DNA of 64,000 nucleotides from Candidatus Latescibacterota bacterium (lineage in GTDB: Bacteria; Latescibacterota; UBA2968): positions 5,760,001-5,824,000 of the forward strand of contig OZ240241.1 in the NCBI GenBank assembly GCA_965198115.1. The letters run 5' to 3'. A program made the translations under genes and the position numbers. This document shows, in pieces, positions 54,021-63,490 of the stretch (position 1 is the first letter of the stretch; each line of letters begins with the position of its first letter). Below the pieces are notes generated by a model. That model was not told the DNA's origin. It saw only the letters and a program-made list of their open reading frames with translations, and made no database searches.

Positions 54021-55544
54021 CTATTCGGTCCAGAAAGCGTACAGGCTTGCGTCCATCAGATGGAAACGGAGGCGGACAGTTTGTCCGTCAAGGTCGGCGA
54101 AGCTGTCTTTGCCTTTCCAGGAAGCCCGCACGCCAATGCCGGCTTCCGCAATCGGGACGAAGTCGTCCTGCGTAAAGCCTTGAATAGGATGGGATGCTTC
54201 GTCGAGAATTTCAACGTCAATCCGACCGTCTATCGTGTCGACGTTGATCGACAGCTGTTCACCCGTGAGCGCGATCGGTTTGGTCAGCAACGTACCCTGA
54301 CCGGCTGCGTCGAGTGAAACGAAGCCGTCTTTTCGCAGTTCTCTGACGTAGATGCCGGTGTGCGTGTCGTCGAGCCAGTCCTCGCGCTCCTCGGGCGAGA
54401 GGGTCGAGGGATCGCGGGGTGAGCCGTCAGACCAGATGTCGTGCTGTGGCACGCGTCGTTTCATTCCCTCATAGTAAAACCGTAAGCGATCGCCCGCATC
54501 GATGGGTGCGTTCGTCGGCTGGAGCTGGAGGCGGTCGTAGTTGCCGACGAGTCCGTCCGTGAGAGATGAAGGCCCGATAAAGGCTTCGCGATCGCCGAGA
54601 CGCTCCCAGGTCTTGAGATCTCGCGTCATCCCGAGCTGGAGGAGATGGAAACCATCCGTGTTACGTTTCGACGGCAGAGATTGACCCGTCGGATAGAAGA
54701 TCATCAGGATGGCGATGTAGACGTCCTCGTAGGGGAAGAGGCCGATGTTGTAGCATTCCGCCCGCCACACGGGATCCTTGTAGTCGGACGGTCTTTCGAA
54801 ACCGAGGTCCGGATCGGGCTCGACGAGGAGCGGCATTGCAAGGACGGGGTTGGCGATGCGTTTTCTAATGACGTCGATGGCGTCGAGCTGGTCCTGGTCG
54901 TCCGTTCCGAAGAGATGCTCGAGCGGCGACCAGTTCACGTAGTCTTCGCTCGTGGCGAGGTTGTAGGCCCTCCCGTGCTCGCCCGGATACTTCATGAGCG
55001 CCATAAATCGCCGCCGCCCACGATCATATGTGAGGGTACCTGCGTCACCTGACGGAAGGGTGGGACAGTCAACCTTTTCCCAATGGTAACCGTCAGGGCT
55101 GGTGACTGGATGGTGGCCGCTGGTCCCTTTGTCTCCGTCGACCTTGATCAGGCCTTTGTAGCGACGCCGGTCATCGGGATCGTCCGGATCGTGGATGACG
55201 TGCCACAACCGGAAGTCGCCGGGCGTCGGATACCAATTGGTGTCCTTCCCTTCGTACTGGACGAGCCCGAGGTCCGGTTTCTCCCAGGTCAGCCCATCGT
55301 CGGAGACCGCGATGCCGTACGCTTTCTCCTTGTAGCGGCCGGGTACGCCGCGCACCTCGTAGATCATCCGGAAGCGTTTCTCTTCAGGGATCCACATCGG
55401 TGCGGATGCCGTCGTGATGTTTTCCCCGTCGGACGGCCGGTCGGCCTTGAGCACGAGGCGACGGTTGTCGGGCTTGTGCATCGTGCGCGTAAGGCCGGTG
55501 GATTCAGCGATGATGTGGTCGTCGAGGAAGAGGTGTTTTGGCAT
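54021..55544 (-). CDS. GH32-like beta-propeller protein, paralog of 42766..44217
   Basis: LFLDD, SDDGLTW, LRKDGFVS, LTKP, VRLRF...LYAF. Confidence 0.75.
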   Translation of the reverse strand: MPKHLFLDDHIIAESTGLTRTMHKPDNRRLVLKADRPSDGENITTASAPMWIPEEKRFRMIYEVRGVPGRYKEKAYGIAVSDDGLTWEKPDLGLVQYEGKDTNWYPTPGDFRLWHVIHDPDDPDDRRRYKGLIKVDGDKGTSGHHPVTSPDGYHWEKVDCPTLPSGDAGTLTYDRGRRRFMALMKYPGEHGRAYNLATSEDYVNWSPLEHLFGTDDQDQLDAIDVIRKRIANPVLAMPLLVEPDPDLGFERPSDYKDPVWRAECYNIGLFPYEDVYIAILMIFYPTGQSLPSKRNTDGFHLLQLGMTRDLKTWERLGDREAFIGPSSLTDGLVGNYDRLQLQPTNAPIDAGDRLRFYYEGMKRRVPQHDIWSDGSPRDPSTLSPEEREDWLDDTHTGIYVRELRKDGFVSLDAAGQGTLLTKPIALTGEQLSINVDTIDGRIDVEILDEASHPIQGFTQDDFVPIAEAGIGVRASWKGKDSFADLDGQTVRLRFHLMDASLYAFWTE

Positions 55545-55833
55545 GTGAGAGGTTGGCAGATGTGAAAGCTATGGCGCCAAGTATTGCCGGCCGATCACCC
55601 TGAGTAGGCGGCTTGAGGGTGGCAGTGTGCGCGCAAGTCCTATCGACCGCCATATCGAAGGGCGACCGGGCGCTGATTCGTTATCTGTTGAGCCACCGTT
55701 CGCCCTTCGATACAACCTCCAAAAGGTGTCCCGATGACTTCGTCCTTTGCGTTCCACGATGAGGTCACTCAGGGTGAACCGGTGGTTGTCGCGATGATGC
55801 ATTGACTCGCGCCACACTCGCTCAGCTGCTCGG

Positions 55834-57349
55834 CTAATCTACAACCACCATACTGCCCCACCAGTCGTCGTTGGGTTGCCAGTCGGGATCGAGGTAGGCT
55901 GCGTGCTGCTCCTCGAGTTCCTGCATAAACGTGTGTTCGAGATGGTGAAGACGCTCGCTTTCCTTGGCCGAATCGTATTCGGGATCGGGGGTGGGGAGCT
56001 TGGCGTCCGTTTCGACAAGCCAGCTGTCGAGACGGTCACGCATCGCTGTCGCCACGCCTGCCTGCTCCGATAAGATGTCGTTCTGTTCACCAGGATCGGT
56101 CTCGAGATCGTAGAGCTCGTCACGGTCGTCCTCGAAATAGTGAATGAGCTTCCAATCCTTGCGACGTGTCATCGCGGCAGGTTCGCCACCCTGATTGCCG
56201 TAGTGGGGATAGTGCCAGAAAAGGTCGCGGGAGTCGATGTCGGAGCTCCTCACGGCGGAGCAAGCGAAATAGGCTCATTCCATCGACGGCTTGTTCTTCG
56301 GGAACGGGGATGTCGGCAAGCTCGAGAAACGTCTTGAAGTAGTCGATGCCAGATACCGGGACGTCGCACGTCGAGCCGGGTGCCGTAATGCCGGGCGCCT
56401 TGATGTGGAAGGGCTCACGAATGCCTCCTTCCCATTGCCGACCCTTTCCGCCGCGCAACGGTAGGTTGGACGTCGCATAGGCGTCGCCAGACGACACACC
56501 TCCGTTGTCAGATGTGAAGCAGACGACCGTGTTGTCGGTGAGGTTCAGGCGGTCAAGGGTTTCGAGGACGATACCGATGGCGTCGTCCATTGCCTGGATC
56601 ATCCCGCCGTAGATGGGACAGTCCTGCACCTGACGCACGGGCAGGTAGCGATCCATCTTGAATCTGCTCTTGGACCCGTTTCCGTGCGCGATCGCCTTCT
56701 CTCGATATTTTGTCCAGCGATCCAGGCTCGTCTGGATTGGACTGTGGACGGAGGAGAACGACAAGTATGCGAGAAAGGGCTCTTCCCGATGGTCGTGGAT
56801 GAATTGCGCGGTTTCCGTACCGAGACGGATCGGCAGTGACTCTCCGTCAGGCCCGCTTTTGAGTTTGGGGTTTTCCCACGGTGCGAAGTAGCCGCCGGCG
56901 GGACTGCCGACACGCCACCCTCCCTTGTTGATCTCGAATCCGAAGTCTTCAGGATCCTGCCCCGAGTCGCCCAGATGCCACTTGCCTGCATAGAAAGTTC
57001 GGTAGTCTGCTCGGCGAAAGACTTCCGCGAAGGTGGTCTCATCGTGGCGCAGGCCGTGTTCGTAGTCGGGCGGCAGAAGCTTGTTGAATCGCTCCCTTTC
57101 GCGCCAGGCTTCACCTGATGCCGCGCCGATCCAGTCGGTGATGCCGTGTCGCGGTGTGTACTTGCCCGTCAGGATGCTGGCCCGGGACGGACTGCAGACC
57201 TGGCAAGCGGCATATCCCTGCGTGAACCGCATTCCCTCGTTTGCGATACGATCGATGTTAGGACTCTCGTAGAGCGTGCTGCCCTCGACGCTCAGGTCAC
57301 GCCAGCCGAGGTCGTCGGCGAGGATGAAGAGGATGTTGGGTTTAGCCAT
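55834..57349 (-). CDS. Sulfatase (arylsulfatase/GalNAc-6S-like), frameshift near 56250
   Basis: ADDLG, CSPSR, GKWH, SDNGG; C-terminus FWHYPHY, ELYDL in the next frame. Confidence 0.92.
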
Positions 57350-57474
57350 TGAAAAACCTTACCACGGAGGACACGGAGAAAACAAAGGCAGCCACTGAGG
57401 TCGCTGAGGACACAGGAGGGTCACGATCGCGAAGGTGAATGCCACGCCTGCTCGCCGTGTCGCCTGCTCGTTCC

Positions 57475-58941
57475 TCAGAACTCGTCGTAAGGATACAGCT
57501 TCCTCCCCAGATTCTTAAACGCCAACTTCCCGCCCGCTGGGTTGTGCACGCTGGGTTCGGAGATGGAGTAGATGGCGCCGGACCAGGATTCGAAGCCTGC
57601 ACGGAAGTGGGCGGCGGATTTGACGCCGACGTAGCGCATCTGTTTGGGATCGAGTCCGAGCGTTCGGGAGAAGCCGGTACAGAAAGGCTGTTCGCGGATA
57701 TTGACGAGCAGGACGTGGATGCCATCCTGCTCGATGTGGGCGGACGGGCCCATCGAGCCTTCGAGATTGGCGTACATCGGACCATCGTAGTTGAAGCGAC
57801 CGTCTGATACAGCGATGACTTCAACGTCCATCGGGACGGGCTCGCCCTGCAGCGGCGTTGACTTAGCGCCGACTTCCAGGCTGAGCTTTGCGCCTACGCC
57901 GGCATCGTGACTTTTCTGAACGGCCTCGGGATCGACGATGTAGAGGACGCAGGCATCCTTCAAGCCGGCGTCGACGAACGTTCGCAGCATCCCAGTGCTA
58001 TCACCCGGTGATCCTCCACCCGTGTTGTCGTCACGATCCGAGAAGATGATAGGGTATTTGCCCTCGGCTTCGGCGAGACGAAGTGCATCCGCCGTCGAAG
58101 GACGAGCGAGCTGCCAGTCTTCGCGGCGTTCGAAGATCCATTCACCCAGCTCGTCGGCGCAGGTTTGCGCGAGTTCCTGGTCGTTGTCCGTGACCACATA
58201 GACAGAGGCTCCCATATCCGGTATGTCGGCGAGGGGATAGCAGGTCGCGATAGAACCACAGACGACACAAGGGCGCGATTCGACCTCGTGCAGGTAGTCG
58301 ATGGCTTCGCGCATCGGTGAATGGGCGGTGACCTGGTTCATTCCCCAGACCATCGGGATCTGATGCAAGGCCATCGTGGGTCTGAGACCGTCCCGGATGA
58401 TGCGGACGATAACGTCTGCACACTCGCGGCCGCGCGCAGCCATATCGACCTCGGGGTACGTTTCGCGACCGCAGAGGGCGTCGGCATTTTCGACCATCCG
58501 GTGCGACACGTTGGAATGGATGTCGAGCTGGGCAACGATGGGGATGTCCGGGCCCACGCGATCGCGAACGGCGGCCAGGATATGCCCCTCCCCATCAGGC
58601 ACACCCTCGGCCACCATCGCGCCGTGCAATTCCAAGAGGACGCCGTCGATTTCGCCGACGTTGGCGATCCCGTCGGCCAGGTTGCCGACGATCGTGTCGA
58701 AGTCCGATTTCGGGAGCGGCGCACTCGGATGAGCCTCCCATAACGAGGTGGAAAGGAGCTCGAACCCGTGCGCGTCAGCGCCTTCGATGAAACCACCGAT
58801 GGGAGTGTTGACGCCCCGGTAGCGATCGATGAGTTCCTGGCCGTGTAGATAGCCCTGCCGCTCCTCGGCGCTATCGATGGTCGTCGGCACGGTCGTGAAC
58901 GTGCTGGTTTCGTGACTGATACCACCCATTGCGATTCTCAT
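57475..58941 (-). CDS. M81 (MlrC-like) metallopeptidase
   Basis: HETSTF, LHGAM, DIHSN, TYPEVD, DNTGGG, VKS...HFRA. Confidence 0.9.
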   Translation of the reverse strand: MRIAMGGISHETSTFTTVPTTIDSAEERQGYLHGQELIDRYRGVNTPIGGFIEGADAHGFELLSTSLWEAHPSAPLPKSDFDTIVGNLADGIANVGEIDGVLLELHGAMVAEGVPDGEGHILAAVRDRVGPDIPIVAQLDIHSNVSHRMVENADALCGRETYPEVDMAARGRECADVIVRIIRDGLRPTMALHQIPMVWGMNQVTAHSPMREAIDYLHEVESRPCVVCGSIATCYPLADIPDMGASVYVVTDNDQELAQTCADELGEWIFERREDWQLARPSTADALRLAEAEGKYPIIFSDRDDNTGGGSPGDSTGMLRTFVDAGLKDACVLYIVDPEAVQKSHDAGVGAKLSLEVGAKSTPLQGEPVPMDVEVIAVSDGRFNYDGPMYANLEGSMGPSAHIEQDGIHVLLVNIREQPFCTGFSRTLGLDPKQMRYVGVKSAAHFRAGFESWSGAIYSISEPSVHNPAGGKLAFKNLGRKLYPYDEF

Positions 58942-58993
58942 ACTGAAACCCCCAAACCTACCACGGAGAGCACGGAGAACACGGAGGGATACA

Positions 58994-59066
58994 AGTGACC
59001 ATTGACAGGTGACCAATGACCAAAGCTGACTTCGCTGACAACTGACGCCTGACGACTGACAACTGG
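58994..59066. repeat. Family G degenerate heptamer tandem tract; others at about 4453, 16573, 20343, 22815, 25212, 26567, 52745, 53993 and 62322
   Basis: 7-nt period, e.g. CTGACAA CTGACGC CTGACGA CTGACAA and (CCGTCCA)n. Confidence 0.8.
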
Positions 59067-59068
59067 TT

Positions 59069-59869
59069 TCATCCATCTACCCAGTGGCTGAACAAGGGCT
59101 TTACGTCTTTCGGCAGCCCGTCGAAGACGGCTCTCGGTACGGGCGGCTGCTGGTTTTCGGTCAGTCCTGTTGCTTCGACTAAGTGTTTCTGTTCAAGCGA
59201 GTCGGGCCAGAGGACTCTCGTGTTGAGCCACCAGGGGGCGTAGCGGACGACGACGGAAACACGTGGCTCGTCGGTGGCGTTCGGTGCAGTCGAATGCCAG
59301 AGTCGACTGTCCAGGACAAGGACGCTGCCTGCTGGTCCCAATGCATTCATCTCTTTAGGGTGCGGCGCTTCGGGATCGACGCCGTTCCCGCCGGTCGGAT
59401 TGTTCGACTCGAGGTGACTGCCCGGCACGATGAGCGTACCGCCGTTCTCGGCAGAGAAAGCTGAAAGCATCCATAGGGTTGTTACGTGCATTGGAATGTC
59501 GGGATAGGGGGCTTCGACGTGACCGGCGTTGTTTTGGTTGAACGGCCAGTCGGCGTGCCACGTGCCTCGTGGATTCCCTGGAAGATTGGTGGTCGCCGTG
59601 GTGAAAGATACTTTCACCACGGGTCCGAGCAGTGCTTTGACCGGGTCAAGCACGCGAGCGTCGGCCAGGTAGGGGGCAAGTACCTGGTTGAAAGACATAA
59701 ATCCACCGACGTGCCCGATCCCTTTCGCCATCGCCGTTTCGGAGTGATGGGCGTCCGTCGAAGCCTGGACTTCTTGCCTGACGGCTTCGATGTCGGATTC
59801 CGGGACGACGCCCTTGACGACGGTCCAGCCATCTTGTTTCAGGCGTTGTATGTGCTGCTCGGTGGACAT
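59069..59869 (-). CDS. PhyH family dioxygenase
   Basis: WHADWP, NGGT...PGSH, LWH...N...R. Confidence 0.9.
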   Translation of the reverse strand: MSTEQHIQRLKQDGWTVVKGVVPESDIEAVRQEVQASTDAHHSETAMAKGIGHVGGFMSFNQVLAPYLADARVLDPVKALLGPVVKVSFTTATTNLPGNPRGTWHADWPFNQNNAGHVEAPYPDIPMHVTTLWMLSAFSAENGGTLIVPGSHLESNNPTGGNGVDPEAPHPKEMNALGPAGSVLVLDSRLWHSTAPNATDEPRVSVVVRYAPWWLNTRVLWPDSLEQKHLVEATGLTENQQPPVPRAVFDGLPKDVKPLFSHWVDG

Positions 59870-59885
59870 TGAGACTCCGGAACGT

Positions 59886-60911
59886 TCAGGCGTAGAGTGC
59901 AGCGAGGAGTGCCTTGATGTATCCCACGGAGTAAGCAAGACCCTGGCTGACGTCTCCTGTATCGCCTTCGATTTGGAAGATGTGATCGGGGTTGATGCAG
60001 CCGTCGAAGCCGACCTTATGCAGGGCCTCGAGAATATGGAACATATTCATATCGCCATCGTCCAGATGGACTTCCTCGTAAGCGCCCGATGTCGCGAAGC
60101 TCCCGCGCACGTTTCTGAAATGGACCATAAAGATCCGGCCCTTGCGGCCGTAGTTGTTGATCTCCTGAAGCACCAGCGGTTCGCTGCCGGCCTCGGCCCG
60201 TGTTCCAACGCAGTAGAGGTAGCCGACGTTCGGACTGGGAAAGGCGTCGATGATCCTGTGGAATCCAAGACCTCCGAACGGAGAATCCGGGAGCGGGTTA
60301 TCCGATGGGTGCATCGCGAGCTTTACATCGTACTCTTCGGCGACGGGCACGAGTTTGGCATACAGATCGACGAAGTGTTGCCACCAGTTGTCGAGCTCGT
60401 CCTTGGTCGGGGGTTTTCCGGATGTGACGTCCCAGACGTGTACCCTTTGGGCACGCAGGTCCTCGGGTGTGAGACTCGCAAGGCCTTCGGGTGTGACGTG
60501 ACCCAACGTGGATCCTGATCCGAGCATCCCGGCACGATGCACCGACCGGTAGAAGGTCGTGAGATGGTTGAACGTGTCGCCCTCACATCGCTGTCGCGCA
60601 ACAGGGATCCCGGCCTCGCCGAAGACCTTGAGCGCCTTGACCGAGTTTTCGATGTATGTCTCAGCATCGTCGTGATCGAGAAAGTAGCCTTCGCCCACAT
60701 CGGGGAGGGAGATGCGGTTGAACCTCAGGCCCCAGGAGTGTATGCGTTTCTTGATGGCGAGGAGCGCGTCGAGATCCGGATAGCCCTGCTCCTTGACACC
60801 CGGGACCGTGGTTGCTTCCCCGATATCGATACAGTCGATGCCGAGTTGGCTGTAACGCTTGAGAACCGACTCGCTAGGAACGCCGTCAGTTCCCATTGAA
60901 ACACGCATCAT
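59886..60911 (-). CDS. Mannonate dehydratase (UxuA)-like protein, copy A
   Basis: LVPVAEEYDVKLAMHPSD, CVGT, HFRNVRG, DDGDMNM, PDH, AYSVGYIKAL. Confidence 0.85.
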   Translation of the reverse strand: MMRVSMGTDGVPSESVLKRYSQLGIDCIDIGEATTVPGVKEQGYPDLDALLAIKKRIHSWGLRFNRISLPDVGEGYFLDHDDAETYIENSVKALKVFGEAGIPVARQRCEGDTFNHLTTFYRSVHRAGMLGSGSTLGHVTPEGLASLTPEDLRAQRVHVWDVTSGKPPTKDELDNWWQHFVDLYAKLVPVAEEYDVKLAMHPSDNPLPDSPFGGLGFHRIIDAFPSPNVGYLYCVGTRAEAGSEPLVLQEINNYGRKGRIFMVHFRNVRGSFATSGAYEEVHLDDGDMNMFHILEALHKVGFDGCINPDHIFQIEGDTGDVSQGLAYSVGYIKALLAALYA

Positions 60912-60989
60912 TTGTTTTTCCTCACTTCGATAACCACGAAAACTTCAGTCGTTGAATGATGTTCGGTGGACATTGAAACTTCGGAATGC

Positions 60990-62006
60990 TCAGGCGTAGA
61001 GCGCCGCGAGGAGCGCCTTGATATATCCGACAGAGTAGGCGGCGCCCTGGCTGACGTCGTCCGAATCGCCTTCGATCTGGAAGATGTGATCCGGACTGAT
61101 GCAGCCGTCGAAACCGACTTTATGCAGGGCCCCGAGAATTCGGAACATATTCATATCCCCGTCGTCCAGATGAACCTCCTCGTAGGCACCTGATGTCGCG
61201 AAGCTTCCGCGCACGTTTCTGAAATGGACCATAAAGATCCGGCCTTTGCGGCCGTAGTTGTTGATTTCCTGAAGCACCAACGGTTCGCCGCCGGCTTCGG
61301 CCCGTGTCCCAACGCAATAGAGATAGCCGACGTTCGGACTTGGAAACGCGTCGATGATCCTGTGGAATCCGAGACCTCCGAAAGGCGTTTCCGGGAGCGG
61401 GTTGTCCGACGGGTGCATCGCGAGCTTCACATCGTACTCTTCCGCGACGGGGACGAGTCTGGCGTAGAGATCGACGAAGTGCTGCCACCAGTTGTCTAGC
61501 TCTTCCTTGGTCGGGGGCTTTCCGGTCGTGACGTCCCAAACGTGTGCCCTCTGAGCGCGCACGTCCTCGGGAGTGAGACTCGCGCGTGTGACGTGTCCCA
61601 ACGTGGATCCTGATCCGAGCATCCCAGCCCGGTGCACCGATCGGTAGAACGTCGTCAAATGGTTGAACGTATCTCCTTCGCATAGTTGACGGGCGACGGG
61701 GACACCGGCCTCGCCGAAGACCTTGAGTGCGTTCACGGAATTCTCGACGTATTTCTCAGCATCGTCGTGGTCGAGAAAATAGCCCGCGCCGACATCGGGG
61801 AGGGAGATACGGTTGAACCTCAAGCCCCACGAGTGGACGCGTTTCTTGATTGCGAGAAGCGCGTCAAGGTCCGGATAGCCCTGCTCTTTGACACCGGGAA
61901 CGGAGCTCGCTGCTCCAATATCGATGCAGTCGACACCGAGCTGACTGTAGCGTTTGAGTAGCGACTCGCTGGGATCGCCGGCAGCGCCCATTGATACGCG
62001 CATCAT
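60990..62006 (-). CDS. Mannonate dehydratase (UxuA)-like protein, copy B
   Basis: Same motifs; roughly 90% amino acid identity to copy A by manual count. Confidence 0.85.
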   Translation of the reverse strand: MMRVSMGAAGDPSESLLKRYSQLGVDCIDIGAASSVPGVKEQGYPDLDALLAIKKRVHSWGLRFNRISLPDVGAGYFLDHDDAEKYVENSVNALKVFGEAGVPVARQLCEGDTFNHLTTFYRSVHRAGMLGSGSTLGHVTRASLTPEDVRAQRAHVWDVTTGKPPTKEELDNWWQHFVDLYARLVPVAEEYDVKLAMHPSDNPLPETPFGGLGFHRIIDAFPSPNVGYLYCVGTRAEAGGEPLVLQEINNYGRKGRIFMVHFRNVRGSFATSGAYEEVHLDDGDMNMFRILGALHKVGFDGCISPDHIFQIEGDSDDVSQGAAYSVGYIKALLAALYA

Positions 62007-62388
62007 TGTCTTTCCTCACTTGAAAGACAAAAGAAGACCACGAAATACACGAAAAACACGAACGGGGACCACGGAATACACGGAAGAATCCCTTGTCCAG
62101 ACCTCGGGTGTCATCCGAAGCGCAGCTGGCCGGACCACGAAATACCGAAAAGGAACCACCCCTTGACTGCGCTCGTGTACAGAGGGGCTGCGACATTTCT
62201 CCCCTGACTCCTTTGCAGCTGACCACGGATCCCTCACGACGTCGATACCGATGGCAATCTGGGCACAACGCCACTCCCATAGTCGTTCGGGATGACAGCG
62301 CGTGGGGCGGTTTTCGGTTTCCTGACGACTGACGCCTGCCCGCCGTAGCCGCGTCAGCGGTGAAGGCGGGACTGGCAACTGCCTTCGG

Positions 62389-63363
62389 CTAGGCCTCCCG
62401 ATAGTGCTTGGTGATGTGGGCGAGGCCGTCGCCGACGCGGACGTTGTGGAACCGGCGAAGCATAATAACGACACCATCTGTTTTGGCACAGATTTCTGTG
62501 ACGACTTCCCCGAAGAGATTGCTAATCGTGCCTAGTCTCTGGCCGGATGTGACTTCGTCGAGGAGGGAGACGTCCGCTCGGAAGTAGCCGGCCACGGGTG
62601 CCAGCGTGGCCTCGTCCATATTGCCGTCGCCCATAAGATGATGCGTTGCCTGGCTCGGGTTCGGTTCCCCTTCGACCAATCCCAGCCACTTCGCCACGTT
62701 CATCACACCGTCGTAGAAGCAGTCGATATCGTCGGATCGGGCGAAACCCCCGCCGGGCGCTTCCGTGTAGACGCAGGGGACTCCCAGGTCGACGGCTGCA
62801 CTGAGTGTGCGACCGGGAGCCAGGTCGGGGTGGCCCCACAGGACGGGCGCGCCAAAAGCACGAGCTCCCGCCTGAGACTTGCGTCCGAGAGTTGTGTCGT
62901 TGTGGATGTAACCGATGAGGGTCGGGATGTCGTAGGCCATCCCGCCGCTGTGAAGGTCGATGAAGAAGTCAGCGTGTGGCAAGACTTGATCGGTGATCAG
63001 TCGGGCGATGCGCTGCGTGATGCTGCCGTCGGCGTCCCCAGGAAAAACGCGGGCGAGGTTGAGCCCATCGATCGGGCTGCTGCGGGTGATCGTTTCGTAG
63101 GCGGGTACGTTGCAAACGGGAATGGCGAAGAACGTGCCCTTGAGAGAAGCAGGATCGAGATGGTCATAGACCCGTGGGATCGCTTCAACCCCTTCGTATT
63201 CATCGCCGTGTACGCCGGCAACGACGACGAGGGTGGGGCCCTCCGTTTGGCCAGTGACGCTGAGGTAGGGGAGCCGCCAGGTGCCGCCGTCTGGACGGTT
63301 GGCGACGTCGATCCAGCCCGTTTGCTTTGTGTTTCGTGGGAGGTTGGGGATGTCGATGGGCAT
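62389..63363 (-). CDS. Succinylglutamate desuccinylase/aspartoacylase (M14) family deacylase
   Basis: GVHGDE, NLARVFPG, DLHSGG, EAPGG, C-terminal biotinyl-like domain. Confidence 0.9.
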   Translation of the reverse strand: MPIDIPNLPRNTKQTGWIDVANRPDGGTWRLPYLSVTGQTEGPTLVVVAGVHGDEYEGVEAIPRVYDHLDPASLKGTFFAIPVCNVPAYETITRSSPIDGLNLARVFPGDADGSITQRIARLITDQVLPHADFFIDLHSGGMAYDIPTLIGYIHNDTTLGRKSQAGARAFGAPVLWGHPDLAPGRTLSAAVDLGVPCVYTEAPGGGFARSDDIDCFYDGVMNVAKWLGLVEGEPNPSQATHHLMGDGNMDEATLAPVAGYFRADVSLLDEVTSGQRLGTISNLFGEVVTEICAKTDGVVIMLRRFHNVRVGDGLAHITKHYREA

Positions 63364-63404
63364 TAGTATGTACCTTGGTCGAGTTTACTGCACTCCGTTA
63401 CAAG

Positions 63405-63478
63405 GTCACTTCGAGCGGAGTCGAGAAGTCCCTTCTCGCGTGTGCGAGGGGCGTGTTCTCGACTCCGCTCGAACTGAC
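63405..63478. repeat. Family E REP pair GTCACTTCGAGCGGAGTCGAGAA...TTCTCGACTCCGCTCGAACTGAC; interrupted half-copies at 32711-32756 and 51807-51854
   Basis: Near-perfect 23-bp inverted repeat. Confidence 0.85.
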
Positions 63479-63490
63479 GCCGCAAACGCT

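Noticed and set aside
57475-58941. Microcystin degradation cluster
   Set aside because: Only an M81/MlrC-like gene; no mlrA, mlrB or mlrD recognised
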